Source of the DNA: Chitinophagales bacterium | GTDB lineage: Bacteria > Bacteroidota > Bacteroidia > Chitinophagales > Saprospiraceae | Direction of reading: 5' to 3' | Length of the DNA stretch: 64,000 bases | Assembly (NCBI GenBank): GCA_038323375.1 | Contig: JBBQGV010000015.1 | Location: forward strand, 974 to 64,973 | Part shown: positions 1 to 10,169 of the stretch, piece after piece | How the letters are laid out: every line of letters begins with the position of its first letter | Numbering within the stretch: position 1 is the first letter of the stretch | Made by a program: the position numbers and the translations under genes | Notes under the pieces: generated by a model | What the model saw: only the letters and a program-made list of their open reading frames with translations | Database searches by the model: none | Told to the model about the DNA's origin: nothing

Positions 1-99
1 ATATCCATACCTGTTCTTTTCATCCAAGACCTCCACAAAATACACCCCGCTTGCCCAGTCAACAGTTGAAACAGGAGCGGTATTGCCTGTAACTTCCTT

Positions 100-921
100 T
101 TAGTAAACAATCTTGCCGGTAGTGTCTTTAATGTTAAAACAATACCTGTTGCCAGCATTTTGGAATTCAATGTTAAATTGATCGCGCACAGGGTTGGGGA
201 ACAGTTTGATTCCAAATTGACCATCCGTTTCAGGGTTGTCGCTTGATGATAATAAAGTATTACAGTTAGAGACATAGTTCAATTCTATTTCGTCATCTTT
301 ATAGCACAAAAGCCGGGTGTCCACACCGTCAACTGCTGAATGACAAACATATTCATCGAGAAAAAAATAAGCGCAGGGGAAATCCGTTGGATCAAGTGGA
401 TCAGGTAAACGAGTCATTCCAGCCCCTTCAATAATCTGAAAGGGCAGCGGAAAAACCTCCACATTATCAGGATTATTGACAAACCGACAATGCTGAACAG
501 CACGTGTAGCTCCTTCTATCATAAGTATGCCGGTACTGTCAACAACATAATTTACCATTACCATAATGCCAAATATGAAGCTCTCAAAAGTAATCGTATC
601 CCCGGTAATGGCATCGAAATCGTAAATTTTCTGAAATTGTTGGGTATTGTGGTGGTAGGAATACACTTTATTACCATCTGCATAAGCGAATCGGAAACTT
701 GTCGTGTGATCACGCGTATTAAAAACATTTATGGCTTTGCAAGGCGTTCCAGTTAGGATTGTATCTCCTTGCACGGCAAAATTGAATGTAGTTAACGAGC
801 TCGGAATAAAACTAATGCCAGATTCCACGACCCATCTCTGGCCATCTCTGAGCCATGCGTTTTGTGCATTTGCAGGCGAAAAAATGATGACAAAAAAAGC
901 AAGGGTGAGGTAAGTTCTCAT
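100..921 (-). CDS. secreted protein with T9SS C-terminal sorting domain
   Basis: 273-aa ORF. N-terminal signal peptide MRTYLTLAFFVIIFSPANAQ. C-terminal KLFPNPVRDQFNIEF... is typical of Bacteroidota T9SS CTDs. Confidence 0.6.
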   Translation of the reverse strand: MRTYLTLAFFVIIFSPANAQNAWLRDGQRWVVESGISFIPSSLTTFNFAVQGDTILTGTPCKAINVFNTRDHTTSFRFAYADGNKVYSYHHNTQQFQKIYDFDAITGDTITFESFIFGIMVMVNYVVDSTGILMIEGATRAVQHCRFVNNPDNVEVFPLPFQIIEGAGMTRLPDPLDPTDFPCAYFFLDEYVCHSAVDGVDTRLLCYKDDEIELNYVSNCNTLLSSSDNPETDGQFGIKLFPNPVRDQFNIEFQNAGNRYCFNIKDTTGKIVY

Positions 922-992
922 AAGTTTTGATTTAAAATTAGGGTATTTTTACAAAACAATTGCTTCAATCCGATACGCATAAACCAATAGTG

Positions 993-2417
993 TCAGTCCT
1001 TTGACAATTGCTCAACCCTTTTCAGTAAATTAAACAATATGGCTACATCCGTCCGCGGATTCACCAGCGTCACTCGTAACCACGTCAGCCCCCGCAATTG
1101 CGTTTGCACGATATAAAAATGCCCGTCTTCAACAATTGCTTTTCGGATGCGCGCATTTAGCTGGTTGTTGGCTGCTGCATCGCCCGAGCCGAGGTAGCGA
1201 AAACACACGATGTTGCATTCGGGCTCAACCGCCAATTCAAAATTGGGGTGGTTTTGAATCAATCCCGCAAAAGTGGCGCCCAGGTCGTACATGCGCGTCA
1301 CGAAAGTATCGAACAGCACCGTTCCATGGGTGCGCCAAAGCACATAAACCTTCGCGCCCATCATCACCTTTGTGCACTCGAACGTACGTCGGGCGAGGTT
1401 AAACCACTCCGGATCAGTGGCTTGTCCAAACAAGTATTGCGCTTTTTGATTGAACGTTTGATGGCTGTGCGCCCCGTTTTTAAAAACTAAAGCCGTGGTC
1501 ACCGCAGGTGTGAGGAGCATTTTGTGAAAATCCATCACCACCGAATCGGCCAACGAAATGCCTTTCACCAAATGGCGGTATTTTTGGGAAAAGACCGAAG
1601 CTCCACCGTGCGCGCCATCCACATGAAACCAAAGGTTGTGCTTAGCGCAAAACGCAGCGATTGCTTCCAGGTCATCAAAAGAACCAGTGGACGTGGAGCA
1701 GGCGCTGCCCACCACGGCGATGACTTCCAAACCGCTGTCCATCGCATTTTGGTAGGATTCCTCCAGCAATTCCGTGCGCATTTGAAACCGGTCATTCACC
1801 GGAATTTTGATGATCCCTGCTTCGCCCCAGCCCATGATGCGCGCGGTGCGATCCACGCAATAATGCGCTTCTTCCGACACCATCAATGCCATTGGACGAA
1901 CATTGCCTTCCTGCCAGACATTGGCTTCCGCCCGGATGCTGCGGGCCGCGAGCATGGCCGTCAGGTTGGCTAACGTGCCGCCGGAGGTCAGGAAGCCGTC
2001 TGCTTCCGGTCCAAAACCCATTTGTTTGGCCAAAGCGCGCACCACATTGACTTCGATTGCCGTGCCCGGAATACCCATTTCATAAACCCCCATCCCATTG
2101 TTGAGAAAATCGCCCAACAGGCCCGCCAAAGCAGCAATGGGCGCCGGCGGACTGATCTGATGCCCCATATAGCGTGGGTGGTGCAGTTGAACCGATTCGG
2201 TTAAAATCTCCTGCAATAGATCTACGGCGTCTCCACCCGGCGCCGCAGGGTCGAACTGCCAGCGTTCGAGCGCCTCGTCGGGTTGCCGCCAGGAGATGGC
2301 TTTTTCCGTCAGGCCGTGTTGCGTGTTGCTTAAATGGTTCGCTAAGGTATCAATCAGCCGATGTCCGGCTTCCCGAAAGGCTTCCGGGTCGTAAACTTGC
2401 GACAGTATATCTTCCAT
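993..2417 (-). CDS. group II pyridoxal-phosphate-dependent decarboxylase (diaminobutyrate/aspartate/glutamate decarboxylase-like)
   Basis: 474-aa ORF with HVDGAHGG and the DFHKML PLP-lysine motif. Length and layout fit fold-type I amino-acid decarboxylases. Confidence 0.8.
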   Translation of the reverse strand: MEDILSQVYDPEAFREAGHRLIDTLANHLSNTQHGLTEKAISWRQPDEALERWQFDPAAPGGDAVDLLQEILTESVQLHHPRYMGHQISPPAPIAALAGLLGDFLNNGMGVYEMGIPGTAIEVNVVRALAKQMGFGPEADGFLTSGGTLANLTAMLAARSIRAEANVWQEGNVRPMALMVSEEAHYCVDRTARIMGWGEAGIIKIPVNDRFQMRTELLEESYQNAMDSGLEVIAVVGSACSTSTGSFDDLEAIAAFCAKHNLWFHVDGAHGGASVFSQKYRHLVKGISLADSVVMDFHKMLLTPAVTTALVFKNGAHSHQTFNQKAQYLFGQATDPEWFNLARRTFECTKVMMGAKVYVLWRTHGTVLFDTFVTRMYDLGATFAGLIQNHPNFELAVEPECNIVCFRYLGSGDAAANNQLNARIRKAIVEDGHFYIVQTQLRGLTWLRVTLVNPRTDVAILFNLLKRVEQLSKD

Positions 2418-2498
2418 GATTCATTTGTTTTGAGTTGCAAGATTCATAATTCGGAAAAGATTTCTGAAATATGGTCAGGAATAAATATCTTGCTCTTT

Positions 2499-2633
2499 CT
2501 AATTAGTGTCTGTCCATTTAGTCCTGTGTCTGCTCTTTAGAGTTCGAGAACAAGGCGTGTTTTGCCCTAAACTCCCGATTTTGGGGCAAAACATAACGCA
2601 GCTATCGGACTCTAAAGACAAACACTAATTAAA
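2499..2633. repeat. REP-1 palindromic intergenic element (terminal inverted TAATTAGTGTYTGTC, internal CTTTAGAG/CTCTAAAG)
   Basis: Nested inverted repeats lie between divergent genes. Related copies occur at 21100-21182 and 46690-46740. Confidence 0.6.
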
Positions 2634-2642
2634 ACGAAAACC

Positions 2643-4124
2643 ATGACTTTTGAAGAATACCGCCGCCATGACGCAACTGCGCTGGCCGAACTCGTACGCA
2701 CCCGCGCGCTGAAAGCTTCCGAAATCCTCGAACTCGCCATTGCGCGGTCGGAAGCAGTGAATCCGAAAATCAACGCCATTATCCATCCGACCTACGATCT
2801 GGCGCGGAAAATGGCGGATTCGATCACTCCGGACTTGCCATTTGCGGGAGTACCCCTGCTGATCAAAGACCTGCTGATGGAGGTGGAAGGTCTGCCCATG
2901 CACCAGGGTTGCCGGGGTTTTAAGGGTTATGTTTCCAAACAGGACAGTTATGTGGTCGGAAAGTACCGCCGCGCCGGCATGTTGTTTCTCGGCAAGACCA
3001 ACCTGCCGGAATTCGGTTTGACGCCTTTCACGGAACCGGAACTTTACGGCCCCACGCTCAATCCCTGGGATCTCACCCGTACGACCGGCGGCTCCAGCGG
3101 CGGTTCGGCAGCGGCGGTGGCGGCAGGCATTACGCCGATTGCCACAGCCAACGACGGCGGCGGCTCCATCCGCATTCCGGCTTCCTGTTGCGGGCTTTTT
3201 GGGCTCAAACCCAGTCGCGGGCGGGTCAGCCTGGGCCCGGTGGCCGGAGAGCTCTGGAGTGGTGCCGTTTCGGAAGGCTGCGTCAGTCGCTCGGTGCGCG
3301 ACAGTGCGGCCCTGCTCGACTTGATTCAAGGTGATGGGTTGGGAGAACTGTACCTTACGCAACGGCCCGGCCGGCCTTACGCGGAGGAGGTTCAAGCCAC
3401 GCCGCCACGCCTGCGCATTGGTTTTGCCACCACGCATACGCTGGGGCAACAAACAGAACCAGAATGCATTGCCGCCGTGCAACACACTGCAAAATTGCTG
3501 GAATCGCTGGGCCACGAGGTGGAGGAAGTCCCCCTCCCCTATCGCAAAGAAGACCTGACCAAAATTTTCGTGATGATGGTTTTCGGGGAAGCTGCTGCCG
3601 ACGTCGGGGAGTTGGAATTGTTCCTGGGCCGCAAAGCAAGGCCATCGGATGTGGAGCAAAGTACCTGGGCGCTCTACCTGCTGGGGCGGGCATATTCCGC
3701 CTTGGACTTTGCATTAGCCAAGCGCCAGTGGAATGAAATCGCGCGGCGAGCCGCCGCCTTTCACGAACGATACGACCTGTTGCTGACGCCTACCCTCGCC
3801 ATGAAACCTTTCGTTACCGGTGCCCTGCAACCGACCAAACAGGAACGGTTGTTAATTCGCATCATCAGCACGTTTGGATTAAAAGGGTTGCTGCGCGCCA
3901 ACGTGGACGAATTGGCAGAAAAAATATTTGCCTTCATCCCCTTCACGCCTTTGGCCAATATGACCGGGCAACCTTCCATGTCGGTTCCATTGTACTGGAC
4001 GGAAGACAGCCTTCCGGTGGGGAGTATGTTTACCGCAAATATCGGGCGGGAAGATTTGTTGTTTCAGTTGGCGGGGGAGTTGGAAAAGGCGCAGCCGTGG
4101 TTTGAGCGGATGCCAGTGATTTGA
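2643..4124 (+). CDS. amidase (amidase-signature family)
   Basis: 493-aa ORF with the [14 protein letters not shown] amidase signature and a conserved Ser-cisSer-Lys context. Confidence 0.9.
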   Translation: MTFEEYRRHDATALAELVRTRALKASEILELAIARSEAVNPKINAIIHPTYDLARKMADSITPDLPFAGVPLLIKDLLMEVEGLPMHQGCRGFKGYVSKQDSYVVGKYRRAGMLFLGKTNLPEFGLTPFTEPELYGPTLNPWDLTRTTGGSSGGSAAAVAAGITPIATANDGGGSIRIPASCCGLFGLKPSRGRVSLGPVAGELWSGAVSEGCVSRSVRDSAALLDLIQGDGLGELYLTQRPGRPYAEEVQATPPRLRIGFATTHTLGQQTEPECIAAVQHTAKLLESLGHEVEEVPLPYRKEDLTKIFVMMVFGEAAADVGELELFLGRKARPSDVEQSTWALYLLGRAYSALDFALAKRQWNEIARRAAAFHERYDLLLTPTLAMKPFVTGALQPTKQERLLIRIISTFGLKGLLRANVDELAEKIFAFIPFTPLANMTGQPSMSVPLYWTEDSLPVGSMFTANIGREDLLFQLAGELEKAQPWFERMPVI

Positions 4125-4698
4125 GTGGTTATTGGTGGGGCTTACTCCATATGTGGTTACTTCTTCCAACATCAGCCACGTTGAAAGAATACGTGATAGC
4201 CAGGAAACAGGAGCCACCACGCTGTTTCTTTTCTACAATTTGTGGGCTGAATGCCGAAACGTCTCACTGGGGAATAATTTATAGAAACCTAATGATAAAA
4301 ACCCCGACAGGGGTTGAACGTGAATAGACGCGGGGTATTGGTTGGCAACCCTGACAGGGGTTGAATGAAAAATAAGTTTAAAGGTTGAGATAGATACACC
4401 GCAAATAGGGCATTATATTCAACCACTTTACGGTTGCCCACGCTACCGACGCATTTCCCTACCTCTGATTGCATCCGAGGCTATTACACATTCAATCCCT
4501 TCGGGATTTCACCCGTACACCGGGATAGAATGAAAGCGGCGAGCAACCGCGATTCTGATGTCGGTAGAAAATCGAATTGTCCCGTTTTGTGCCGTAGGTA
4601 CGTAATATAGCCTCAATATTGCGTACCTACGGCACGCTAACCCATACGAAATGCTCCGGGTTTCGCCGATCCGGAGATCGGCGGTACAAAGTCACGAT

Positions 4699-5070
4699 TT
4701 ACACGAAATCATTCTGTGTATCCTTTGGCGCATGCACATCTTCGGGGAATTTCCCGCAGCGGCCACCCCACCGGCTTTTCCAATGTTCGCGTTCTTCCGC
4801 CGTCATGTTCGCCCAGCGATCGGCCATTTTTTGCTTCCAGTAGTGGTGTCGAGGCCCGCCGCCCCAGCCACCGCCGGGTCGAAAACCACCGGTCAGCAAG
4901 CGTGACAAGACCAATAAACCTAAGGATTGCCCTAAACCAAGCACCGGCAATCCGAATATACCGGGCATGAGCGCATTCCACAACAGCATGGTCGCAAAAC
5001 TTGCGGCCACCAAAAAGAACGCGCCGAAAAACATGAATTTTAAGACTTTAAAAGCTTTGAACCCTTTCAT
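4699..5070 (-). CDS. small membrane protein downstream of an ECF sigma factor (possible anti-sigma or partner)
   Basis: 123-aa ORF starting 11 nt after the sigma-factor stop. Two hydrophobic helices and a Gly/Trp-rich tail; no recognisable family. Confidence 0.45.
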   Translation of the reverse strand: MKGFKAFKVLKFMFFGAFFLVAASFATMLLWNALMPGIFGLPVLGLGQSLGLLVLSRLLTGGFRPGGGWGGGPRHHYWKQKMADRWANMTAEEREHWKSRWGGRCGKFPEDVHAPKDTQNDFV

Positions 5071-5080
5071 TTTTTTGATT

Positions 5081-5686
5081 TTAATCGTTCAACCATTCGT
5101 CGTACAATGCGCGGAGTTGTTCGCGCAGTTCCAGCACTGCATAGCGTTTGCGTGTCAGCAAGGTGTTCACCGGCACGCCGGTTTTTTCGGCAATCGCTTT
5201 AAACGGAATGCCTTCCAGTTCGTGCCAGACAAAAACATCGCGTTGCGCTTCGGGCAGGGTGTCAAGGGCTTCTTCGAGGGCTTCCAGCAACGCTTCCCGG
5301 AAAAGCGTGGCTTCGGCATCGTTGAAATCCGGCGTTAACAAGCTGTCTAACAGGTACAAATCCGCGCGATCTTCAGAACCTTCTACCGTCGGCACCGTCA
5401 ATTCCTGCATCAGCACCGGCTTTTTCTTCCGGTAGCGGTCGGTGATCTTATTGCGGGCCACCGCAAACAACCAGGCCGCGAACTGCTCCACCGGTTTCAT
5501 CAGGCGCTCCATTTCTGACAACTCATAAAAAACATCCTGCACGATGTCTTCCGCATCTTCTAATCGCGGCACCCGGAGGCGCACAAAAGACAGGAGCCTG
5601 CCGCTTTCTTCGCGGAAGACCTCGCTGATTTTGCTGCGCCTTTCAGTGGCGTTGTCCGGTATTGCAGATGCTGTTTTCGACTCCAT
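5081..5686 (-). CDS. RNA polymerase ECF-type sigma-70 factor
   Basis: 201-aa ORF. Region 2 (DIVQDVFYEL...) and a region 4 helix-turn-helix (GIPFKAIAEKTGVPVNTLLTRKRYA). Confidence 0.85.
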   Translation of the reverse strand: MESKTASAIPDNATERRSKISEVFREESGRLLSFVRLRVPRLEDAEDIVQDVFYELSEMERLMKPVEQFAAWLFAVARNKITDRYRKKKPVLMQELTVPTVEGSEDRADLYLLDSLLTPDFNDAEATLFREALLEALEEALDTLPEAQRDVFVWHELEGIPFKAIAEKTGVPVNTLLTRKRYAVLELREQLRALYDEWLND

Positions 5687-5827
5687 ACAATTAGGGAGAC
5701 GAACGAGTGGTGGGGATATTTTAAAAATTGTGGTTATTTTTTAAAATCGGCTTTGGAAAAAACAGGCGCCATCCTGAAATCTATTCCAGAATAGCTCATG
5801 TAAAATTTACAACCAAATAATATCCAA

Positions 5828-6415
5828 TCAGTTGAGAATTATCTTTTTTAAAATTCGTTTTCCATTTGATTGAATGGTGAGGTGATAATTGCCACGGGCA
5901 ATGTCCCGAAGATCAAAAGCAAATTGGTTCTCGCCTTTAGATAAGATCAGGTTTTCACCTAACCGCTTTACTAATCTCCCTGTTCCATCGTAAAGATCAA
6001 TAGATGTTTTTTCTTCTTTTTGAACAAAGAAAGACAAGTAGATTGCATCTTTAGCAGGATTTGGGTAGAGTAGGAAGCTAGTGCCCTCATCCAAAACCGC
6101 ATAATTTTCTTGAGGAAAAATGATTCGTTTAACCGTAAATTCATCCGATCGTGCCTGTAATTGCCCATCATTGCCTTCGATTGGTTCCATGACTAAAGTG
6201 GCGGCAAAAACACCCTCGATGTATAATTGATCCCCAACTAATTCCCAATCAGCAGGCTCCGTTTCAGCCATATTGAAGAAATCCATCGGGCTTGCATAGG
6301 AGACCGCCAAGGTTGTCACATGTTCAGGCAAATTGTTGATCTGCGCGGCTTTGATGCCATCCAGAAAAAGGGACCCTTCTTTGATTTCGACATTGGGGTT
6401 CAAATTGTCGCCCAT
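5828..6415 (-). CDS. T9SS C-terminal-domain protein fragment without a signal peptide; possibly the 3' part of a nonsense-interrupted gene
   Basis: 195-aa ORF ending in a T9SS CTD (LLYPNPAKDAIYLSF...). It has no signal peptide. It is in the same frame as upstream ORF 6449-6658, separated only by a TAG at 6449-6451. Confidence 0.5.
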   Translation of the reverse strand: MGDNLNPNVEIKEGSLFLDGIKAAQINNLPEHVTTLAVSYASPMDFFNMAETEPADWELVGDQLYIEGVFAATLVMEPIEGNDGQLQARSDEFTVKRIIFPQENYAVLDEGTSFLLYPNPAKDAIYLSFFVQKEEKTSIDLYDGTGRLVKRLGENLILSKGENQFAFDLRDIARGNYHLTIQSNGKRILKKIILN

Positions 6416-6448
6416 GATTGCACGCGGGCCATCATCTACACAATCCCA

Positions 6449-6658
6449 CTACCAGTTATCTGATTGTTGAAGCGTCATGTGCCCGCAGCAAGCGTTTATC
6501 ATACTCCCATTTGGCCCAACAGGCAGCGCGGTTATTTCATAGCACCTTGGAGGATTCGTAACGTTTTGCTGATCCCATTTGCATAAAATTAGTTTGGCCT
6601 GTGCTGAATAGGTCATGCTTAGCAAAGCGAGCACAAGGAAAAAAGTAGTCCGTTTCAT
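6449..6658 (-). CDS. signal-peptide-bearing 69-aa ORF; possibly the 5' part of the interrupted T9SS cargo gene
   Basis: Signal peptide MKRTTFFLVLALLSMTYSAQA. In frame with 5828-6415. Confidence 0.4.
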   Translation of the reverse strand: MKRTTFFLVLALLSMTYSAQAKLILCKWDQQNVTNPPRCYEITALPVGPNGSMINACCGHMTLQQSDNW

Positions 6659-6732
6659 AACAACAATTTCAAGGTTAATAAAATACTATTGATGTTTTGA
6701 ATTAAACATCAATCAAAATGATCCTCAACGTA

Positions 6733-6822
6733 TTGTGTCTGAAAATAGTGTTTGAAGTAAGCGTGTGCAAGTTGCAAAAAATGAGGTTGTCAAGACCTTC
6801 TTCATTTTTACAACAACATTAA
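6733..6822. repeat. about 90-bp direct repeat, copy 1 (partner at 7629-7721)
   Basis: TTGTGTYTGAAAATAGTGTTTGAAGTAARCGTGTGCAAGTTGCAAAAAA...TTCATTTTTACAAMAACATTAA is present twice in the same orientation, flanking the AT-rich gene 6895-7413. Confidence 0.7.
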
Positions 6823-6894
6823 GTTTGAAAAACGAAACGGCGTTGCTTCCGATTTGGAAACAACACCGTTCTATATCTATTATTGTTATCCTGA

Positions 6895-7413
6895 TTAATT
6901 ATTACCCCCTGGGGGAGGCGAAGGCTGGCAATCAAATTCTCGAACGGTCATACTACATGGGCATCCTCCATTGCATTGAAACGTGACAGAGCCGTTATGA
7001 ATAGTGCCACTGGGTGTACAGGAGCATTCACCATTACAAGATATGGTATAACATTTATCAGGAGCATCTCTGAAAAAAGAAACCTCTTTTACAAAAATAA
7101 CTTTACTGCTTTTACCTTCATCATTTGAAATTTCGATAAACATAGCTGTTTGATTATCAGCTTCAAGGAAGTTGAAATTAATAATATGGAAATCAGCCCT
7201 TGATTTAAACAATTGAATTACTGAAGGTTTAATAGCCTCTTTCAACGCCCCGATTGACTCCGAAATCCAAACACCATTTGGTGAAATAATTTCTTGAATA
7301 TTTTGTTCTTGCATTTCTTCTATTTTAGGATAGATATCTTTAGAACATGCAAATGCTAATATGCTAATAAAAATTAGCGTAATTTTGGAAAACAAGTTCT
7401 TAAAGTTCATCAC
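6895..7413 (-). CDS. lipoprotein with a Cys-rich C-terminus, function unknown
   Basis: 172-aa ORF. Lipobox ILAFAC|S. The C-terminal 50 aa carry 8 Cys (CYTISCNGECSCTPS...QCNGGCPCS...DC). Visibly AT-rich compared with its neighbours. Confidence 0.5.
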   Translation of the reverse strand: MMNFKNLFSKITLIFISILAFACSKDIYPKIEEMQEQNIQEIISPNGVWISESIGALKEAIKPSVIQLFKSRADFHIINFNFLEADNQTAMFIEISNDEGKSSKVIFVKEVSFFRDAPDKCYTISCNGECSCTPSGTIHNGSVTFQCNGGCPCSMTVREFDCQPSPPPGGNN

Positions 7414-7628
7414 TTTTTTTTAAAAAATTATCCTTTTTTTATTTAAGATGGCTTCAGGAATCCCCATCACTGATATTGGTAGTTATTAAAAAATGTCTCT
7501 AAGAACTTATACTGATATAGTCAATTGTCTAAATGCATCCTAATTAATAAATAGACATTTACTAGCTAATTAACAGCATACTGCACTAATGTGGTAGATG
7601 CTCCTTGTTGCAAACGCCCCCGCAATGT

Positions 7629-7721
7629 TTGTGTTTGAAAATAGTGTTTGAAGTAAACGTGTGCAAGTTGCAAAAAAAAATGAGCTTGTCGAGCCCATAT
7701 TCATTTTTACAAAAACATTAA
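7629..7721. repeat. about 90-bp direct repeat, copy 2
   Basis: See 6733-6822. Confidence 0.7.
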
Positions 7722-7853
7722 CACCAATCTCTCTTTTCGTCCATCAAAATCCACCGTTCGTCGGAAAATGAAAAAAAACGAAAAAAAATCAGGAAACTTT
7801 TGAACCGCCGAAAGTTTCCGCTGTTATTCAGCAAACAAAAAGTAGAAGTAAGC

Positions 7854-8456
7854 ATGTTTGGAATGGAGCAGATATTATCGAAGTGCGAGCAGTATTTTAT
7901 GCGTAACGGACTGAAAAGCACGACGATGGATGATGTATGCCGGTTCATGGGGATTTCTAAAAAAACCCTTTATCAATTCATTGAACAGAAATCCGATCTC
8001 ATCCACCGAATTGTGCAAAGGCGGGTTCAGGAAGAGCAACAAATGGCTAAAGCCATCCTGATCGAATCAGAAAATGCTATTGACGAGTTGATGCGCATCA
8101 GCAGGCATGTGCATGAAAAATTACAACAAACGGCACCAAGCATTTTATATGATCTTCAAAAATACTACCACCGCAGTTGGGAATTGATGGAGCAACACCG
8201 CAAAGATTTTGTGGTGGGAATAATCAAAGCCAACATCGAACGTGGCATGAAAGAAGGGCTTTACCGGAACGATCTTCAGACGGACCTCGTTACAGCGATT
8301 TTTTCATGTGCTTTAGCAGCCATGGTTGATGAAGGTTTTTATGCCGGAAATGAGTACAAACCATCAGAAGCCCATCGGGTTTTTATTGATTACCATATTC
8401 GGGGCATTGCTTCGGAAAGAGGGATGGAGCTGTATGAGGGGTATTTGAGGATTTGA
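7854..8456 (+). CDS. TetR/AcrR family transcriptional regulator
   Basis: N-terminal HTH (GLKSTTMDDVCRFMGISKKTLYQF). The ATG at 7854 is preferred over the TTG at 7800. It lies directly upstream of the efflux operon. Confidence 0.85.
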   Translation: MFGMEQILSKCEQYFMRNGLKSTTMDDVCRFMGISKKTLYQFIEQKSDLIHRIVQRRVQEEQQMAKAILIESENAIDELMRISRHVHEKLQQTAPSILYDLQKYYHRSWELMEQHRKDFVVGIIKANIERGMKEGLYRNDLQTDLVTAIFSCALAAMVDEGFYAGNEYKPSEAHRVFIDYHIRGIASERGMELYEGYLRI

Positions 8457-8641
8457 GCGCGGGCAGAGCCGGTAGGGTGCGCCCCTCGCGGTCGCCCAAA
8501 CACCCGAAATGATTTGAAGATTCGAGGATTTGAGAACAGAACGAACAACGCTCAACGCTCAACGCTCAACCCTTCACAAACCACACAGACCAATTTAATA
8601 CCAATAATAAAAGCACTCATTCAACTTTAACATAACAATTT

Positions 8642-10039
8642 ATGCGCACCAGATTTTTCCCGATCACCCTGCTGTTGTGGAGCCTGCTGACTCTGCTGAC
8701 AGCACAACTAAGCGCGCAACCTCAAAGCTTCAGCCTGAAACAGGCGGTGGAATATGGTTTGGCCAACCACAACTCTATCCGAAGCGCGCGCATGGACGTC
8801 CCTTATGCCGAAGCGGAAATCAAGGAATACAAAGCGATTGGAATGCCCAAATTGGAGGGCAACATCAGCTACCAGTATTTTCTTGAACTGCCCGTTTCTT
8901 TTTTGCCCGACTTCCTCACCCCAGCGGTGGAGAATACGCTGCTGAATTACGACCTGATCACCGAGGACCAACTGACGCCTTCTAACGGAGGCTTGTTCCC
9001 CGCGCAATTCGGTACCAACAACAGCCTATCGGCCAGCCTCAATTTCAGTGCGTTGATCTTCGACGGCGCTTATTTTGTCGGGTTGAAAGCCATAAAAGGC
9101 TTGCGCGAACTACGACAGGTGCAGATCGGCATCCCCGAACAGGATGTGGCTTACAACATCCGCAAAGCTTACCTTGCGGTGTTGGTCACCCGCGAAGGCA
9201 CGGCGTTGGTGAACAAAAACATCACCAATTTAGAAAAACTGCTTGGCGAAACCCGCGAAATCTACAAAAATGGTTTTGCGGAACTGCTGGATGTGGACCG
9301 GCTGGAATTGTCGCTTGCCAACCTGCAAACCGAGCAGGAAGTGCTGCAACGCCAGGAGCAAACAGCGATTACCCTGCTGAAGTTTCAAATGCAGTACCCC
9401 ATCAGCCAACCCCTGGAGTTGACAGATAAAATTGCAGATATGCAGATGGAAGTAGCCGACCCGGCACTGAGCGGCACCTACCTTTTCGACAACCGCGTCG
9501 AATACCAGGTACTCAAAAAAAGTTTTTACCTGAACGAGCTGAACATTGAACGCTTCCGCAAATCGTATTTCCCCTCGGTGGTAGGCTCGGCCTCTTACAG
9601 CCAGTCTTTGCAACGCAACAAACTATTCGACGGCGATGAAGCTGGCTTTTTCCCCACTTCCTTAATGGGTTTGCACATCAACGTTCCGATTTTTGATGGG
9701 TTCGACCGCAGGAGCAAGATCCAGAAAGCCTCGATTGACCGGGACAAAATTGGCCTGCAAATCAGAGACTTCGAACAAGTGATGGCTTTTCAGATCGAAT
9801 CGTCGCGCATTGCTTACCTCAATGCGAACGACCGCCTGAAAGCGCGGCAAAAAACCCTGGAACAGGCAGAACGCATCTTCAATACCACTCAAATTAAGTG
9901 GCGGGAAGGCGTGGGCTCCAGTTTTGAGGTCACCAATGCCGAGCGCGAGGTGTATACCGCGCAAGCCAACCTGCTGAATGCCTGGTACGACCTGGCAAAT
10001 GCAAAAATGGATCTGGAAAAGGCAATGGGCGTGAAGTAA
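8642..10039 (+). CDS. TolC-family outer-membrane efflux protein
   Basis: 465-aa ORF with a signal peptide and the duplicated coiled-coil/OEP repeat architecture. First gene of the efflux operon. Confidence 0.85.
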   Translation: MRTRFFPITLLLWSLLTLLTAQLSAQPQSFSLKQAVEYGLANHNSIRSARMDVPYAEAEIKEYKAIGMPKLEGNISYQYFLELPVSFLPDFLTPAVENTLLNYDLITEDQLTPSNGGLFPAQFGTNNSLSASLNFSALIFDGAYFVGLKAIKGLRELRQVQIGIPEQDVAYNIRKAYLAVLVTREGTALVNKNITNLEKLLGETREIYKNGFAELLDVDRLELSLANLQTEQEVLQRQEQTAITLLKFQMQYPISQPLELTDKIADMQMEVADPALSGTYLFDNRVEYQVLKKSFYLNELNIERFRKSYFPSVVGSASYSQSLQRNKLFDGDEAGFFPTSLMGLHINVPIFDGFDRRSKIQKASIDRDKIGLQIRDFEQVMAFQIESSRIAYLNANDRLKARQKTLEQAERIFNTTQIKWREGVGSSFEVTNAEREVYTAQANLLNAWYDLANAKMDLEKAMGVK

Positions 10040-10169
10040 TAGCCCCCCAACCCCTCCTTCGACTGCCGCTCAGGCGGCAAAAGGGGGAGTTGTCACGATA
10101 GAGGTAACACCTTTTAGAAAGGTGTCACCTCAATTAATCAAAAACTTACAATCAATTAGAATAACCGTT

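Noticed and set aside
2625-3659. 344-aa minus-strand ORF
   Set aside because: It lies entirely antisense to the well-supported amidase gene. It has an Arg/Ala/Gly-rich low-complexity translation typical of GC-rich antisense frames.
4130-4698. A 570-bp non-coding stretch with GACAGGGGTTGAA repeats and a GCCGTAGGTACG/CGTACCTACGGC hairpin, considered as a possible ncRNA or tRNA
   Set aside because: I could not derive a cloverleaf or any known riboswitch consensus. It is probably more dispersed repeat debris, and the evidence is insufficient to call a feature.
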